In this document: positions 10,086 to 20,500 of the stretch, piece by piece | Layout of the letters: each line of letters starts with the position of its first letter | Numbering within the stretch: position 1 is the first letter of the stretch | From: Candidatus Omnitrophota bacterium | GTDB taxonomy: Bacteria > Omnitrophota > Gorgyraeia > Duberdicusellales > 4484-171 | Direction: 5' to 3' | DNA: 64,000 nucleotides | Assembly: GCA_041652815.1 (NCBI GenBank) | Contig: JBAZGN010000001.1 | Span: 701,855 to 765,854, forward strand | Notes under the pieces: model-generated | Databases searched by the model: none | What the model was told of the DNA's origin: nothing | What the model saw: the letters and a program-made list of their open reading frames with translations, nothing else | Made by a program: the position numbers and the translations under genes

Positions 10086-11273
10086 ATGTTTAGCCCTATT
10101 GAAGATATTCTAAAAGATTTAAAACAAGGTAAATTCGTGATTGTCGTTGACGACGAAAAACGGGAAAACGAAGGAGACCTTGTTATTCCTGCTCAATTTG
10201 CCACTCCTTCCGCCATAAATTTCATGATAAAAGAAGCGAAGGGGCTTGTTTGCGTCCCGCTTGCTAAAGAAAGAATTAAAGAATTAGCCCTTTTACCCAT
10301 GCATCTTGAGCCCGGCAATGACCCCTTTAAGACAGCCTGGAGAATTTCTGTGGATGCCGCAGTAGGCGTTACTACAGGTATTTCTGCATATGACCGTGCA
10401 AGGACGATAGAGGTTTTGATAAATCCTAAAACTTTGCCTTCCGATTTAATCAAGCCGGGGCATACTTTTCCACTTGAAGCAAAAGACGGCGGAGTTTTGG
10501 TAAGAGCGGGCCATACAGAAGCAGCAGTGGATCTTTCCAGGCTTTGCGGCCTGTATCCGGCGGGAGTAATTTGTGAAATAATTAAAGAAGATGGTACGAT
10601 GGCACGCCTGCCTGATTTGGTTGAATTTTCCAAAAAACACAATTTAAAAATCTGCACAATTGCTTCTTTGATTGAATACCGCAGAAAAAAAGAAAAACTG
10701 ATAAAAATTATAGAAAAAATAAATCTTCCAACCAACTACGGAAACTTTACGCTTCATCTCTATGAATCGCTTATAGATGGCAGTGAACATATCGCCATAG
10801 TCAGCGGCAAGATTTCCGATACCCCTACTATTGTGCGCGTGCACTCGGAATGCCTTACGGGTGATGTTTTTTTATCCCGCAGATGCGATTGCGGCAAGCA
10901 GCTGCACGAGTGCCTTGATATAATTGGCAAATCAGGAGGCGTCGTACTTTATATGCGCCAGGAAGGCCGCGGCATAGGCCTTAAAAATAAAATCAAAGCA
11001 TATGCTTTGCAGGAAAAAGATATCGACACAGTTGATGCAAATAATATGTTAGGTTTTGCTTCAGACTTAAGAGACTACGGCATAGGAGCGCAGATACTCG
11101 TTGATTTAGGTGTTACCAAAATAAGATTGCTTACAAATAACCCTAAAAAAATCATCGGCTTAGAAGGCTACGGTTTAGAAATTGTTGAAAGGATAGCCAT
11201 AAAAATTAATTCTTGTACTGAAAACGAGAAATATCTAAATACAAAAAAGAATAAATTGGACCATATCTTGTAA
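10086..11273 (+). CDS. ribBA: Bifunctional 3,4-dihydroxy-2-butanone-4-phosphate synthase / GTP cyclohydrolase II
   Basis: VVVDDEKRENEGDLV (DHBP synthase) and RVHSECLTGDVF...RCDCG (GTP cyclohydrolase II). Confidence 0.9.
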   Translation: MFSPIEDILKDLKQGKFVIVVDDEKRENEGDLVIPAQFATPSAINFMIKEAKGLVCVPLAKERIKELALLPMHLEPGNDPFKTAWRISVDAAVGVTTGISAYDRARTIEVLINPKTLPSDLIKPGHTFPLEAKDGGVLVRAGHTEAAVDLSRLCGLYPAGVICEIIKEDGTMARLPDLVEFSKKHNLKICTIASLIEYRRKKEKLIKIIEKINLPTNYGNFTLHLYESLIDGSEHIAIVSGKISDTPTIVRVHSECLTGDVFLSRRCDCGKQLHECLDIIGKSGGVVLYMRQEGRGIGLKNKIKAYALQEKDIDTVDANNMLGFASDLRDYGIGAQILVDLGVTKIRLLTNNPKKIIGLEGYGLEIVERIAIKINSCTENEKYLNTKKNKLDHIL

Positions 11274-11352
11274 CGCAGATGATCGCAGATGGCAAATCAC
11301 AGATGATCGCAGATAAAATCATCTGTGATTATCTGTGTAAAAAAAGGAGGGC
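11274..11352. repeat. Inverted CACAGATGATCGCAGAT / ATCTGTGATTATCTGTG repeat pair, then taaaaaaaggaggg RBS
   Basis: cgcagatgatcgcagatggcaaatcacagatgatcgcagat ... atcatctgtgattatctgtgtaaaaaaagg; member of a family seen at 9 or more other sites in the window. Confidence 0.7.
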
Positions 11353-11354
11353 AT

Positions 11355-11813
11355 ATGAAAGAAATAACAGGTAACTATTCAGGCAAGGGAAAGAAAATAG
11401 CAATAATTATTTCAAGGTTCAATGAATTCGTAAGCAACGAGTTGTTGAGCGGTTGCGTTGATACATTGAAAAAATCAGGGGTTGATGAGAAAGACTTACT
11501 GGTTGTGTGGACCCCTGGCGCCTTTGAGATTCCCCAGGTTTTAAACAAAATCGATACTAAAAAAGTAGATGCAGTTATAACATTGGGGGCAGTAATAAGA
11601 GGAGATACCCCCCATTTTGATTATATAGCTTCTGAAGTTGCCAAAGGGGTTGCAAAGCTTTCTTTGGACAAAAATATTCCCGTAACATTTGGCATAATTA
11701 CCGCTGACAATACGGAACAAGCTATTGAGCGCGCTGGAACGAAACAAGGCAATAAAGGCAGAGACGCTGCCTTTTCAGCACTTGAAATGGCGAATATCTA
11801 TACACAGATATAG
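11355..11813 (+). CDS. ribH: 6,7-dimethyl-8-ribityllumazine synthase
   Basis: KIAIIISRFNEFVSNELLSGC...ITLGAVIRGDTPHFDYIA; ATG 11355 with aaggagg RBS (ORF track 11325 is a GTG extension through the repeat). Confidence 0.85.
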   Translation: MKEITGNYSGKGKKIAIIISRFNEFVSNELLSGCVDTLKKSGVDEKDLLVVWTPGAFEIPQVLNKIDTKKVDAVITLGAVIRGDTPHFDYIASEVAKGVAKLSLDKNIPVTFGIITADNTEQAIERAGTKQGNKGRDAAFSALEMANIYTQI

Positions 11814-11973
11814 GTTGAAACTGAAAATCAATTTAGATGCTCGATTCTTGATGCTAGATGCTCGTAAAGAAATAAACAGCAGCGATTTACAAAATCTATT
11901 AAAGCTCGAAAACGAGTATCAAGTATCTATCATCTAGTATCACGAAGATAATTTTGTTCTATTTATAACCTTT

Positions 11974-12402
11974 ATGCGTTTACGCTCAAAAGCAAGAGAA
12001 ATTGCCTTACATATACTTTATCAGATTGAAATAGCTCATACTGATTATCAATCAGCCTGCCAAAATTATCTTAAAAATTATCCGCAAAAACAGGAAGTTA
12101 TTGATTTTTCGCGTACGCTCATTGAAGGTGTATGTAAAAATCTACAAGACCTGGATTTTTTGATTAAGAAATACGTAAAAAATTGGGAAATTGACCGTAT
12201 GGCTGTTATAGATAGAAATATTTTGAGGCTCGCGTGTTTCGAAATCATAAATCTTCCGGAAATACCGCCGAAAGTTTCGATAAATGAAGCAATCGAACTT
12301 GCTAAACGTTTCGGAGATATTGATTCGCCTCGTTTTGTAAACGGTGTACTCGATAAAATTTACAAAATGGAAAGCAAAAAGGTTAACGAAGTAACACAGT
12401 AA
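11974..12402 (+). CDS. nusB: Transcription antitermination factor NusB
   Basis: [20 protein letters not shown] ... [22 protein letters not shown]. Confidence 0.85.
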   Translation: MRLRSKAREIALHILYQIEIAHTDYQSACQNYLKNYPQKQEVIDFSRTLIEGVCKNLQDLDFLIKKYVKNWEIDRMAVIDRNILRLACFEIINLPEIPPKVSINEAIELAKRFGDIDSPRFVNGVLDKIYKMESKKVNEVTQ

Positions 12403-12441
12403 TTCCGCTACAAAACATTATTTTCCCATTTTTCTTACTTT

Positions 12442-13290
12442 ATGAATACAGGCACAACTAAAGATAATTTTATTAAAAAATGTGACCTTCACATACACTC
12501 TGCTTTTTCCGACAGTGACGCGACAATTGAAGAAATTTTTAAAACCGCTAAATCAAAGGGGCTTTCTGCTATAGCCATTACTGACCATGATACAGTTGAC
12601 GGGCTGGCTGAGGCAAAAAAGTTTAGTGTTACTTTCGGTGTTGAGCTTGTTGAAGGAATTGAGCTGAGCGCTCAAAAAGATGATATTGAAATTCATATTC
12701 TAGGTTTTTTTTTAGATTCCCAAAACGCGGAGCTTAAAAGAGAGTTGTCTGACATCTATATCTTAAGAAGAGAACGCCTCATAAAAATGGTAGATAAGCT
12801 TAAACTCTTAGGCCTTAGATTAAACATTGAGGATATATTTACAAAAACCAAAAATGCAATACCGACACGCCTGCATTTAGCCCTTTATCTTATAGCGAAA
12901 GGTTATGCTAAATCAATAGGGCAGGCTTTCGATAAGTATCTTTCTCCTGGTAAGCCCGGATACATAGCGCGTTTTAAATATTCCGTCGAAGAAGCAATCA
13001 AATTAATTAAAAATTATGGAGGCCTGGCATTTTTGGCGCATCCAAATGCTATACCGGATCAGTCATGGATTGAAGAATTTGTTTCACTTGGCATTGACGG
13101 CCTTGAGGTAGTTTATCCGCGTTTCTCAAATGCAAAGATTTTGATGTATAAGAATATGGCTGATAAGTTTGGCATTTTAAAAAGCGGCGGTTCCGACGCT
13201 CATGGGAGTTACAGGGATTTTACCAAAATAGGGGATGTGACTATTCCCTATGAGTGGTTAGCGGCGATGAGAAAGAAAAAAGGAATTTAA
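12442..13290 (+). CDS. PHP-domain metal-dependent phosphoesterase (TrpH/YciV-like)
   Basis: CDLHIHSAFSDSDATIEEIF...AIAITDHDTVDG...GGSDAHG; PHP His/Asp motifs. Confidence 0.7.
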   Translation: MNTGTTKDNFIKKCDLHIHSAFSDSDATIEEIFKTAKSKGLSAIAITDHDTVDGLAEAKKFSVTFGVELVEGIELSAQKDDIEIHILGFFLDSQNAELKRELSDIYILRRERLIKMVDKLKLLGLRLNIEDIFTKTKNAIPTRLHLALYLIAKGYAKSIGQAFDKYLSPGKPGYIARFKYSVEEAIKLIKNYGGLAFLAHPNAIPDQSWIEEFVSLGIDGLEVVYPRFSNAKILMYKNMADKFGILKSGGSDAHGSYRDFTKIGDVTIPYEWLAAMRKKKGI

Positions 13291-13297
13291 TTAGGCT

Positions 13298-14371
13298 ATG
13301 AAGCGGGATATATATTTTTTAGAAAAAACATTCAAGCTTGCGAAAAATGCCGAAGGTTGCACCTCGCCAAATCCCTTAGTCGGTGCTGTTATTGTAAAAA
13401 ATAATAAAGAAATTTCCTGTGGGTTTCACAAAAAAAGTGGCAATCTCCACGCCGAGATAGAAGCGATAAATAATGCAAAGGTAAGCCTACGGGGAGCAAC
13501 CTTGTATGTAAATTTAGAGCCGTGCTGCCATTTTGGCAAAACCCCACCCTGCGTTGATAAAATAATAAAATCGGGCATAAAGCGGGTAGTCATGGCAAGC
13601 TTAGACCCAAACCCTATTGTGCATGGTAAGTCCATAAGTAAGCTTAAAAAGGCAGGCATTAAAGTAAGCATTGGTTACCTTTCTGAAAAAGCACGCAGGC
13701 TCAATGAAGTTTTTTTCAAAAATATGCAAGTCAAAAGGCCTTTTGTTGTAGTCAAGCTGGCTCAGAGCCTGGATGGTAAAATTGCAACGGCTAATGGGGT
13801 ATCAAAATGGATTACAGAAGAACGTGCCAGAAAATTTGCAAGGAAATTACGCGATAAATATGACTGTGTTTTAGTCGGTGTAAATACAGTTATAAAAGAT
13901 AACCCCCGCCTCAATGGTTTTAAAAAGATTCCCTATAAGGTAGTCATTGACCCGCAGCTGCGCATTCCAAAAGATTCCTATCTTTTAAAAAATAATTTGC
14001 AAAAATTAATAATACTTGCATCGGCCAAGGCTAAAAAAAAGAGCCTTAAAGAAGCTAAGGTATTTTTTATCAAAGAAAAAAAAGGTAAATTGCCGGTAAA
14101 AGAAATTTTGTCTGTTCTCTATCAACACGGTATAATGTCGGTATTCGTTGAGGGTGGTTCAGAAACGGCCGCTAATTTTTTTGAAGAAAAATTAGCAGAT
14201 AAAGTGCATTTTTTCATTGCACCGAAAATATTGGGAGGAAAAGACGCGTTAACTTCAATCAGCGGGCAAGGTTTATCTTTAAGAGATTCCCCGAAGATAC
14301 GTGGAATGACCATAGAAAAAATCGGGCAGGATATACTTATAACAGGATACCCTTATTATGGCAAAAAATAA
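13298..14371 (+). CDS. ribD: Bifunctional riboflavin biosynthesis deaminase/reductase
   Basis: HAEIEAINNA ... LYVNLEPCCHFGKTPPC cytidine-deaminase zinc motif; C-terminal RibD reductase domain. Confidence 0.9.
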   Translation: MKRDIYFLEKTFKLAKNAEGCTSPNPLVGAVIVKNNKEISCGFHKKSGNLHAEIEAINNAKVSLRGATLYVNLEPCCHFGKTPPCVDKIIKSGIKRVVMASLDPNPIVHGKSISKLKKAGIKVSIGYLSEKARRLNEVFFKNMQVKRPFVVVKLAQSLDGKIATANGVSKWITEERARKFARKLRDKYDCVLVGVNTVIKDNPRLNGFKKIPYKVVIDPQLRIPKDSYLLKNNLQKLIILASAKAKKKSLKEAKVFFIKEKKGKLPVKEILSVLYQHGIMSVFVEGGSETAANFFEEKLADKVHFFIAPKILGGKDALTSISGQGLSLRDSPKIRGMTIEKIGQDILITGYPYYGKK

Positions 14372-14951
14372 ATTATATGAATTAATTATAAGCCGGCGTA
14401 GCATCCGTTTTTTTAAACAGAAAGACGTTTCTCAAAATATAATAAAAAAGGCTATAAACTGCGGGCGTCTTGCACCATCTGCTGCAAATTTACAGTTTCT
14501 GGAATATCTCATAGTAAAACGCAAGGAGATAAAGAAAAAAGTATTCAACTGTCTTCGTTTCGCAGCTTATGTTGCCCCCAAAAGAAATCCGCCAAGGAAT
14601 AAGCAGCCCGATTTTTACATAGTATTGCTTATCAACAAAGAAAGGTCGCAAGCTCCAAACTTAAGAGATATTGGTGCAAGTGCGCAGAATATTATGCTTT
14701 CGCTTTTATCTTTTGGCGTTGGTTCCTGCTGGCTGCAAAATATAGATAAAGACAGTTTAAGCAAAATTTTAGATATAGGCCAAAGCTATGAAATAGATTC
14801 TATAATTGCGGCAGGTTTTCCAAAAGAACGTCCAAACCTTGAGACTGATTCGGTAAATGTGAAATATTGGCTCGACAACAAAAATTGTCTACATGTTCCA
14901 AAGCGCCCCCTAGAAGATGTTTGGCATTACAATGTTCTTAAACGCAGATGA
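14358..14951 (+). CDS. Nitroreductase-family protein
   Basis: RRSIRFFKQKDVSQNIIKKAINCGRLAPSAANLQ. Confidence 0.7.
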   Translation: MAKNKLYELIISRRSIRFFKQKDVSQNIIKKAINCGRLAPSAANLQFLEYLIVKRKEIKKKVFNCLRFAAYVAPKRNPPRNKQPDFYIVLLINKERSQAPNLRDIGASAQNIMLSLLSFGVGSCWLQNIDKDSLSKILDIGQSYEIDSIIAAGFPKERPNLETDSVNVKYWLDNKNCLHVPKRPLEDVWHYNVLKRR

Positions 14952-15145
14952 TCGCAGATTGGAAAACAGATGATCACAGATAATATTCGTCATACGGTTG
15001 CGGTTACGAGGCTCGTCACGGTTGCGTTTTACGTATAGCGTCTTTATTTTAAATACTTTCTTCGACGCAACCGATTAACGCATGACGAGACGAGTTGCGC
15101 AACCGATAGACGCAACCTTTATCTATGCTAATCTGTGCAAAAAAA
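14944..15145. repeat. Composite intergenic palindrome: CAGATGATC repeat arms around a GGTTGCG/CGCAACC-rich core
   Basis: cgcagatgatcgcagat...acagatgatcacagat, core cggttgcggttacgaggctcgtcacggttgcg / cgacgcaaccg...ttgcgcaaccgatagacgcaacc, then tatctatgctaatctgtgcaaaaaaag. Confidence 0.6.
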
Positions 15146-15156
15146 GAATTATAAAG

Positions 15157-15822
15157 ATGAAAGAATTTGACGCGTTAGTAAAAACTATAAGGAAATTAAG
15201 AGCTCCCGGAGGCTGTCCGTGGGATAGGGCTCAGACTGTTGAGAATTATAAAAAATTTATCCTGGAAGAAACCTACGAGCTCATTGATGAAATAAGCCGC
15301 AATAATAGCGAATCCGTACGGGAGGAATTAGGAGATATTTTTCTTATCCTCGTAGTTATTGCTGATATGTTTCAGGCGAAGGGTAAATTCAACTTGGCAG
15401 ATTGCCTAAAGCGGGTAAATGAAAAGCTTATTTTACGCCACCCGCATGTATTTTCTTCGACTAAATTAAAAACCGACAAGGAAGTGCTTGCTTACTGGAT
15501 TAAGCATAAAGCAAAACATAAGAATAGAAAGACTATAAAAGAAAGGCTTCCGCTTGTTGCTCCGGCGCTGTTGCTCGCTGATATTTTTTTTAAAGAATAT
15601 GCGCATTTGGACAACAAAAAAGAACACAAAAAAAGCGAAATTTTACGAAAAGTGAAAAATAATCTCAATTTGTTGGGTAGGCGTAAAGACAGAAAAGCTG
15701 TTTTTAGCGAAATTTTGTTTGAAATAAGCAGGCTTTCTTCTTTGTATAATCTTGACCCTGAAAATGCTCTCCGTGAAAAAGTTATTAAAGAGGCAGCAAG
15801 CTCAAAATACCCCCTTTTCTAG
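15157..15822 (+). CDS. mazG: MazG-family nucleoside triphosphate pyrophosphohydrolase
   Basis: LVKTIRKLRAPGGCPWDRAQTVENYKKFILEETYELIDEI; ATG 15157 (ORF track start 15082 extends through the repeat). Confidence 0.85.
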   Translation: MKEFDALVKTIRKLRAPGGCPWDRAQTVENYKKFILEETYELIDEISRNNSESVREELGDIFLILVVIADMFQAKGKFNLADCLKRVNEKLILRHPHVFSSTKLKTDKEVLAYWIKHKAKHKNRKTIKERLPLVAPALLLADIFFKEYAHLDNKKEHKKSEILRKVKNNLNLLGRRKDRKAVFSEILFEISRLSSLYNLDPENALREKVIKEAASSKYPLF

Positions 15823-15946
15823 AATGCCGCAGGCACGTCTGCCTTCGGCAGCCAGCCTGTAGAAAATAGCGAAGCGGGACGCCGCCCCCGTAGGGGGTAA
15901 GCCAAACAAAGATAGATATTTGTTTGTTTTCAATTATAATAAACAT

Positions 15947-16294
15947 ATGGTAAACAACAGAAAGTTAATAAGATTAAAAGTTTGTGATTTCCTTGAAGTC
16001 CGCCCTTTAAATGAAGTTGCAAAGTGTTTTAAGGCCAGGGCCTGCGACTTAACTCCAATGGGTATATGCTTTAACTGCGAAATGGAGTGGAAAAAAGGGC
16101 ACGTGCTCTTAATTGATTATTTCATACCAGAGGAATTTGAATCGGTTAAACTTAAGGTAGCAATAGTATGGTCGGAATTTATTGATACGGAAAAAGGGTA
16201 TTTTTGCGGCGGAGAAATCACAGAAATCGAAGACGATAAACAGGAAAAATTCGCAAATTATTATACAAAAAGGCTAAAAGAAACCTCCCTATAA
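15947..16294 (+). CDS. PilZ-like c-di-GMP-binding domain protein (tentative)
   Basis: RKLIR (RxxxR) followed by DLTPMGICF (DxSxxG-like) in a ~115-aa protein. Confidence 0.45.
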   Translation: MVNNRKLIRLKVCDFLEVRPLNEVAKCFKARACDLTPMGICFNCEMEWKKGHVLLIDYFIPEEFESVKLKVAIVWSEFIDTEKGYFCGGEITEIEDDKQEKFANYYTKRLKETSL

Positions 16295-16305
16295 ACAATT
16301 GGCTG

Positions 16306-17358
16306 ATGTCTAAAGTTTTTTTCAAAAAAATAACCTACGCGGAACTGCTAAAACAACCGGATTATTTAGTAAAAGGTCTTGAAATTTCCGGTATAACCGA
16401 AGATTTTAAAAAGGATAAATTCATAGGGCTTAAAATTCATTTTGGAGAGAAAGGGAATAAATCATATATCAATCCAAACTTTCTCATTCCTTTATCGAAA
16501 TTTTTAAAAAGAAAACAAACCCGTCCATTCCTTTTCGAAACCAACACTCTTTACCACGGAGAAAGAATGAATGCCGTAGACCATATGAATCTTGCCTATG
16601 GCCACGGCTTTGCTAAAACAAATATGCCTATTATCATCGCCGACGGACTAAAGGGCAATGATTATATGGAAGTAAAAATAGATAAAAAGCATTTTAAAAC
16701 ATGTTTCCTGGCACACGCCCTCAAAGACACGGATTTTCTTTTAGTGTTTTCGCATTTAACCGGGCATATGCTTACCGGTTTCGGCGCAGCAATAAAAAAT
16801 TTAGGAATGGGATGTGCGGCAAGGCGCGGCAAACTTGCCCAGCATTGTGAAATGCGGCCGGTCATAACCGATAAAAGATGCATTTTATGCGGTTTATGTA
16901 TAAATAGCTGTCCGGTTTCCGCCATAGAGAAAGATTCCACTAAATGTTTTATTGTTAAAGATAAATGCATAGGCTGTGCCCAGTGTATAAGTGTTTGTCC
17001 GCATGGAGCCATAAATGTGATTTGGTCGGAAGAATATAATCTTATAGGCGAAAAACTGGTTGAATATGCATATGCTGTTACAAGAAACATTAAATGTGCA
17101 TACGTAAATTTTTGCCTTTATATAACCAAAGAATGCGATTGCATGAATAAAGAAGAAGCAGGATTTATAAAAGATATAGGGATGCTTTTTAGCTATGACC
17201 CTGTTTCAATTGATAAAGCAAGCATAGACCTGGCTTTTAAACAAGAAAACCGCGACGCGATAAGAGACGCCCATCCCAAAATAGACTATCTCAATCATCT
17301 TCAATATGCAGAGGCCGTTGGTTTAGGCAGCATGGATTATGAACTTGTCGAAATATAG
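16306..17358 (+). CDS. DUF362-family protein with two 4Fe-4S ferredoxin motifs
   Basis: CILCGLCINSCP and CIGCAQCISVCP ferredoxin cluster motifs embedded in a DUF362-like scaffold. Confidence 0.6.
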   Translation: MSKVFFKKITYAELLKQPDYLVKGLEISGITEDFKKDKFIGLKIHFGEKGNKSYINPNFLIPLSKFLKRKQTRPFLFETNTLYHGERMNAVDHMNLAYGHGFAKTNMPIIIADGLKGNDYMEVKIDKKHFKTCFLAHALKDTDFLLVFSHLTGHMLTGFGAAIKNLGMGCAARRGKLAQHCEMRPVITDKRCILCGLCINSCPVSAIEKDSTKCFIVKDKCIGCAQCISVCPHGAINVIWSEEYNLIGEKLVEYAYAVTRNIKCAYVNFCLYITKECDCMNKEEAGFIKDIGMLFSYDPVSIDKASIDLAFKQENRDAIRDAHPKIDYLNHLQYAEAVGLGSMDYELVEI

Positions 17359-17501
17359 AACAGGCCATAGACAAACGACTAAACAATTAATTTCTACAAA
17401 TTTCGCGAAGCAAATTTCTATGAATTTCAATGATAATCGAAATTGGTAGAAATTAAGAAATTGATAGATATTTATTGTCTTCGGTCTTTAGTCTGATTGC
17501 T

Positions 17502-20500
17502 ATGAATAATAAAATACAGTCCCCGGAAGTGGTAGTTGTTGAGGCTTCAGCCGGAAGCGGAAAGACTTTTGCTTTAGCAAAAAGGTATTTGCAGTTAATC
17601 GTGAGCCCCGTATCATCCCCGCAGGAAATTCTCCTAAGAAACATTTTAGCGATAACCTTTACCAATAAAGCTACCATAGAGATGAAGGAAAGGATTCTTG
17701 AGCTCCTTAAAAAAATAGCTTTAGAAAAATTCACCAGTACCGAAGAAGAAAAAGATATTTTAGGTTCTTTGGGGCTACCATTGAAAGATTTGAGCAAGAA
17801 ATGCCAACTTATAGTGGATGAGTTGATTAAACATTATAATTTCTTTCAGGTCCAGACTATCGATAGTTTTATAAACGCCATTCTATCGGGATGCGCTTTA
17901 AATATTGACCGTTCGGCTAATTTTCAGATAAAGAACGATTATTCGCAATATCTTGCTTATTGTTTTGATTTAACGCTGGATGCAGCATTAACGGATAAGG
18001 AAATATATGATTTGCTTGAAGATTTCCTGCAGCACTATCTGTTTGTCGAAAACAGAAATGGTTGGTTCCCCAAGGAAGATATTCTAAAGCTTATTGAGTC
18101 CCTGTTTCAGTTAAGTAACAGGCATGCCGGTGCTTTTATTCCTTACAAAGGCGAAACGAGTGATCTCATTAAAAAAAGAAAATATATATATGAGCTTATA
18201 AAAGAGCTCTCCTTAAATTTTCCCGAAGGGTTAAACGCAAACGCTATCCGGTCAATAAACAATTTCTTAAAACACAATAACAACATATTTGATATAGCAG
18301 ATTTGCCGATATGTTTAAGCGTAAATAAAGTACCGATGAATAAGGAAAAAGATTGTGAGGAAAGTTTCGAAAGAAAATGGAAGAAAATTTATAAAGAATT
18401 AACCGAGCTCATCGAGTTTGACGCAATTATTGCCTACAATCCTTATATCCGGCTTTTCCATAAATTTATTTATTTTTTCCGTTTGGTATCGCGCAAGGAA
18501 GACATATTGTTCCTTGAGGAATTAAATCGTAAGGCACATCTGCTTTTCAGCGAAGACTTGGGGCTTCCCGAACTCTACTATCGTTTAGCTACACGTTTCA
18601 GGCACTACTTAATCGATGAATTTCAGGATACAAGCCGGCTACAGTGGCGTAACTTGGAGATGATGGTAGAGGATGCTCTTTCTACGGGAGGCTCGCTTTT
18701 TTATGTGGGTGATAAAAAGCAGGCTATTTATCGGTTCCGCGGCGGTGAATCCAGGCTGTTTGATTTGGTTAAAAATAATTTTTCTTCCAGGTTTAACGTT
18801 ATCTCAAAACATCTTACAAATAATTGGCGCAGCCAGAAAGCAATAGTTGAATTTAATAATGAAATATTTTCAAAAGAGAATTTACGCAAAGCAATTGTAG
18901 GCTGTGGTATGGCGCAAGATTTGGGGCAAGAGAATATAAATGAAGTTCTTGATGTATTCAAAGACTCTTCCCAAAGCTATCAAGATACAAACCAGGAGGG
19001 CTTCGTATCTGTAGAGCGTATTGTCGGCAAAACCAAACAGCAAAATTACGATGCTGTAAAATTAAAACTGCTTACGTTAATAAAAGAGTTGCGCACGCGT
19101 TTTAACTACGAAGACATAGCAATACTTGCCAGAGGAAACGACGAGGTGGAGTTATTGAGCGAGTGGTTGCTTCGCGAAAGAATCCCGGTTGAGTCCGAGA
19201 AAACTTTAAGTATCAGCGAAAACCATCTAGTAAAAGAGATAATTTCTCTGCTGCATTTTCTTAATTCCCCAATAGACGATTTAAGTTTCTGTTCGTTTGT
19301 GCTGGGGGAATTATTTTCTGCAGCAAGTAAGCTTACAAAAGCCCAAATAACCGATTTTATTTTCACACTGCACAAGGAAGATAAAACAAGAGATATCTTT
19401 TCGCTTTATCTTGAGTTCCGTAATCATTATCCTCAAATATGGCAGGTGTATTTTGAAGAGCTATTTAAAAACGTAGGATTTATCTCACCTTATGAACTCA
19501 CTATCGCGATTTACAGCCGTTTTGAGGTTTTTAAAAATTTTCCTAACCATCAGGCCTTTTTCATGAAACTCCTTGAATTAATAAAATCCAAAGAAGCCGA
19601 TTACGTGGGACTCGGGCAATTTTTATCTTATCTTGAGAGCGCTTCCATTGATGATTTATATGTTGATGCTACGCATAGCGATTCAATTAAAGTTTTAACC
19701 ATACATAAATCAAAGGGGCTTGAGTTTGCGGTAGCAATTGTGCCGTTTTTGCGTATAGATATAAGCCCGGAAAGCGGAGGCAAGGGTACAAGTTCATATA
19801 TTACGGAAAACGATGACGACAATCTGACACTTGTGCGTATTACTAAAATCCATCGGCAATATTCAAAAACTCTAAAGGCAATATATGGGCAAAATTATAA
19901 AAAAGCATGCATTGATGAGCTAAATAATATTTATGTTGCTTTAACAAGGCCTAAATACGAACTTTATATTTTTATACCAGAGAGGAGTTCAAATGCAAAC
20001 AATAAAGCGCTTAACTTCATACCTAAGGACATTGTGACGCGTGGCCGCAGAGTTAAGTATAGTATGCGTAAGAAAGATAAACAATCATTGATTGTAGCTA
20101 TACCCTCTTCTAATTATAAAGATTGGATAAGCTCTTTGCAGAACGAATTCCGGGGCCTAACCAGTATATCTCTAAAGGAAAAAATACTGGAAGGTAATAT
20201 TATGCATACTGTTTTGTCTAAGGTAGGTAACTGTATAAATTGTGACCTTGATAAAATAATAGAACAAGCTTTTCTTTTTGCTAAAGATACTTATCCCGAA
20301 GTTTATGATTTCTCAAAATATTTACAAAAGCTTACCGGAATTATTACAAAAAATGAATTTAAAGAATTTTTTTATATTGAAAAAGGAAGTATTTTTTGCG
20401 AAAAAGAAATCGCAAATAATTTCGGAGATTTAAAGCGCATAGATAGGCTGATAATAAAAGAAAAAGATATTTACGTGATAGATTACAAAAGTTCAGAAGA

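Noticed and set aside
10193-10735. 180-aa ORF on the minus strand
   Set aside because: Lies entirely antisense within ribBA, whose product has unambiguous conserved motifs. No RBS or start context. Typical shadow ORF.
11725-11937. 70-aa plus-strand ORF spanning the ribH 3' end and the ribH-nusB spacer
   Set aside because: Out of frame with ribH. Translation is low complexity and covers a repeat-containing spacer (tagatgctcg direct repeats). No RBS.
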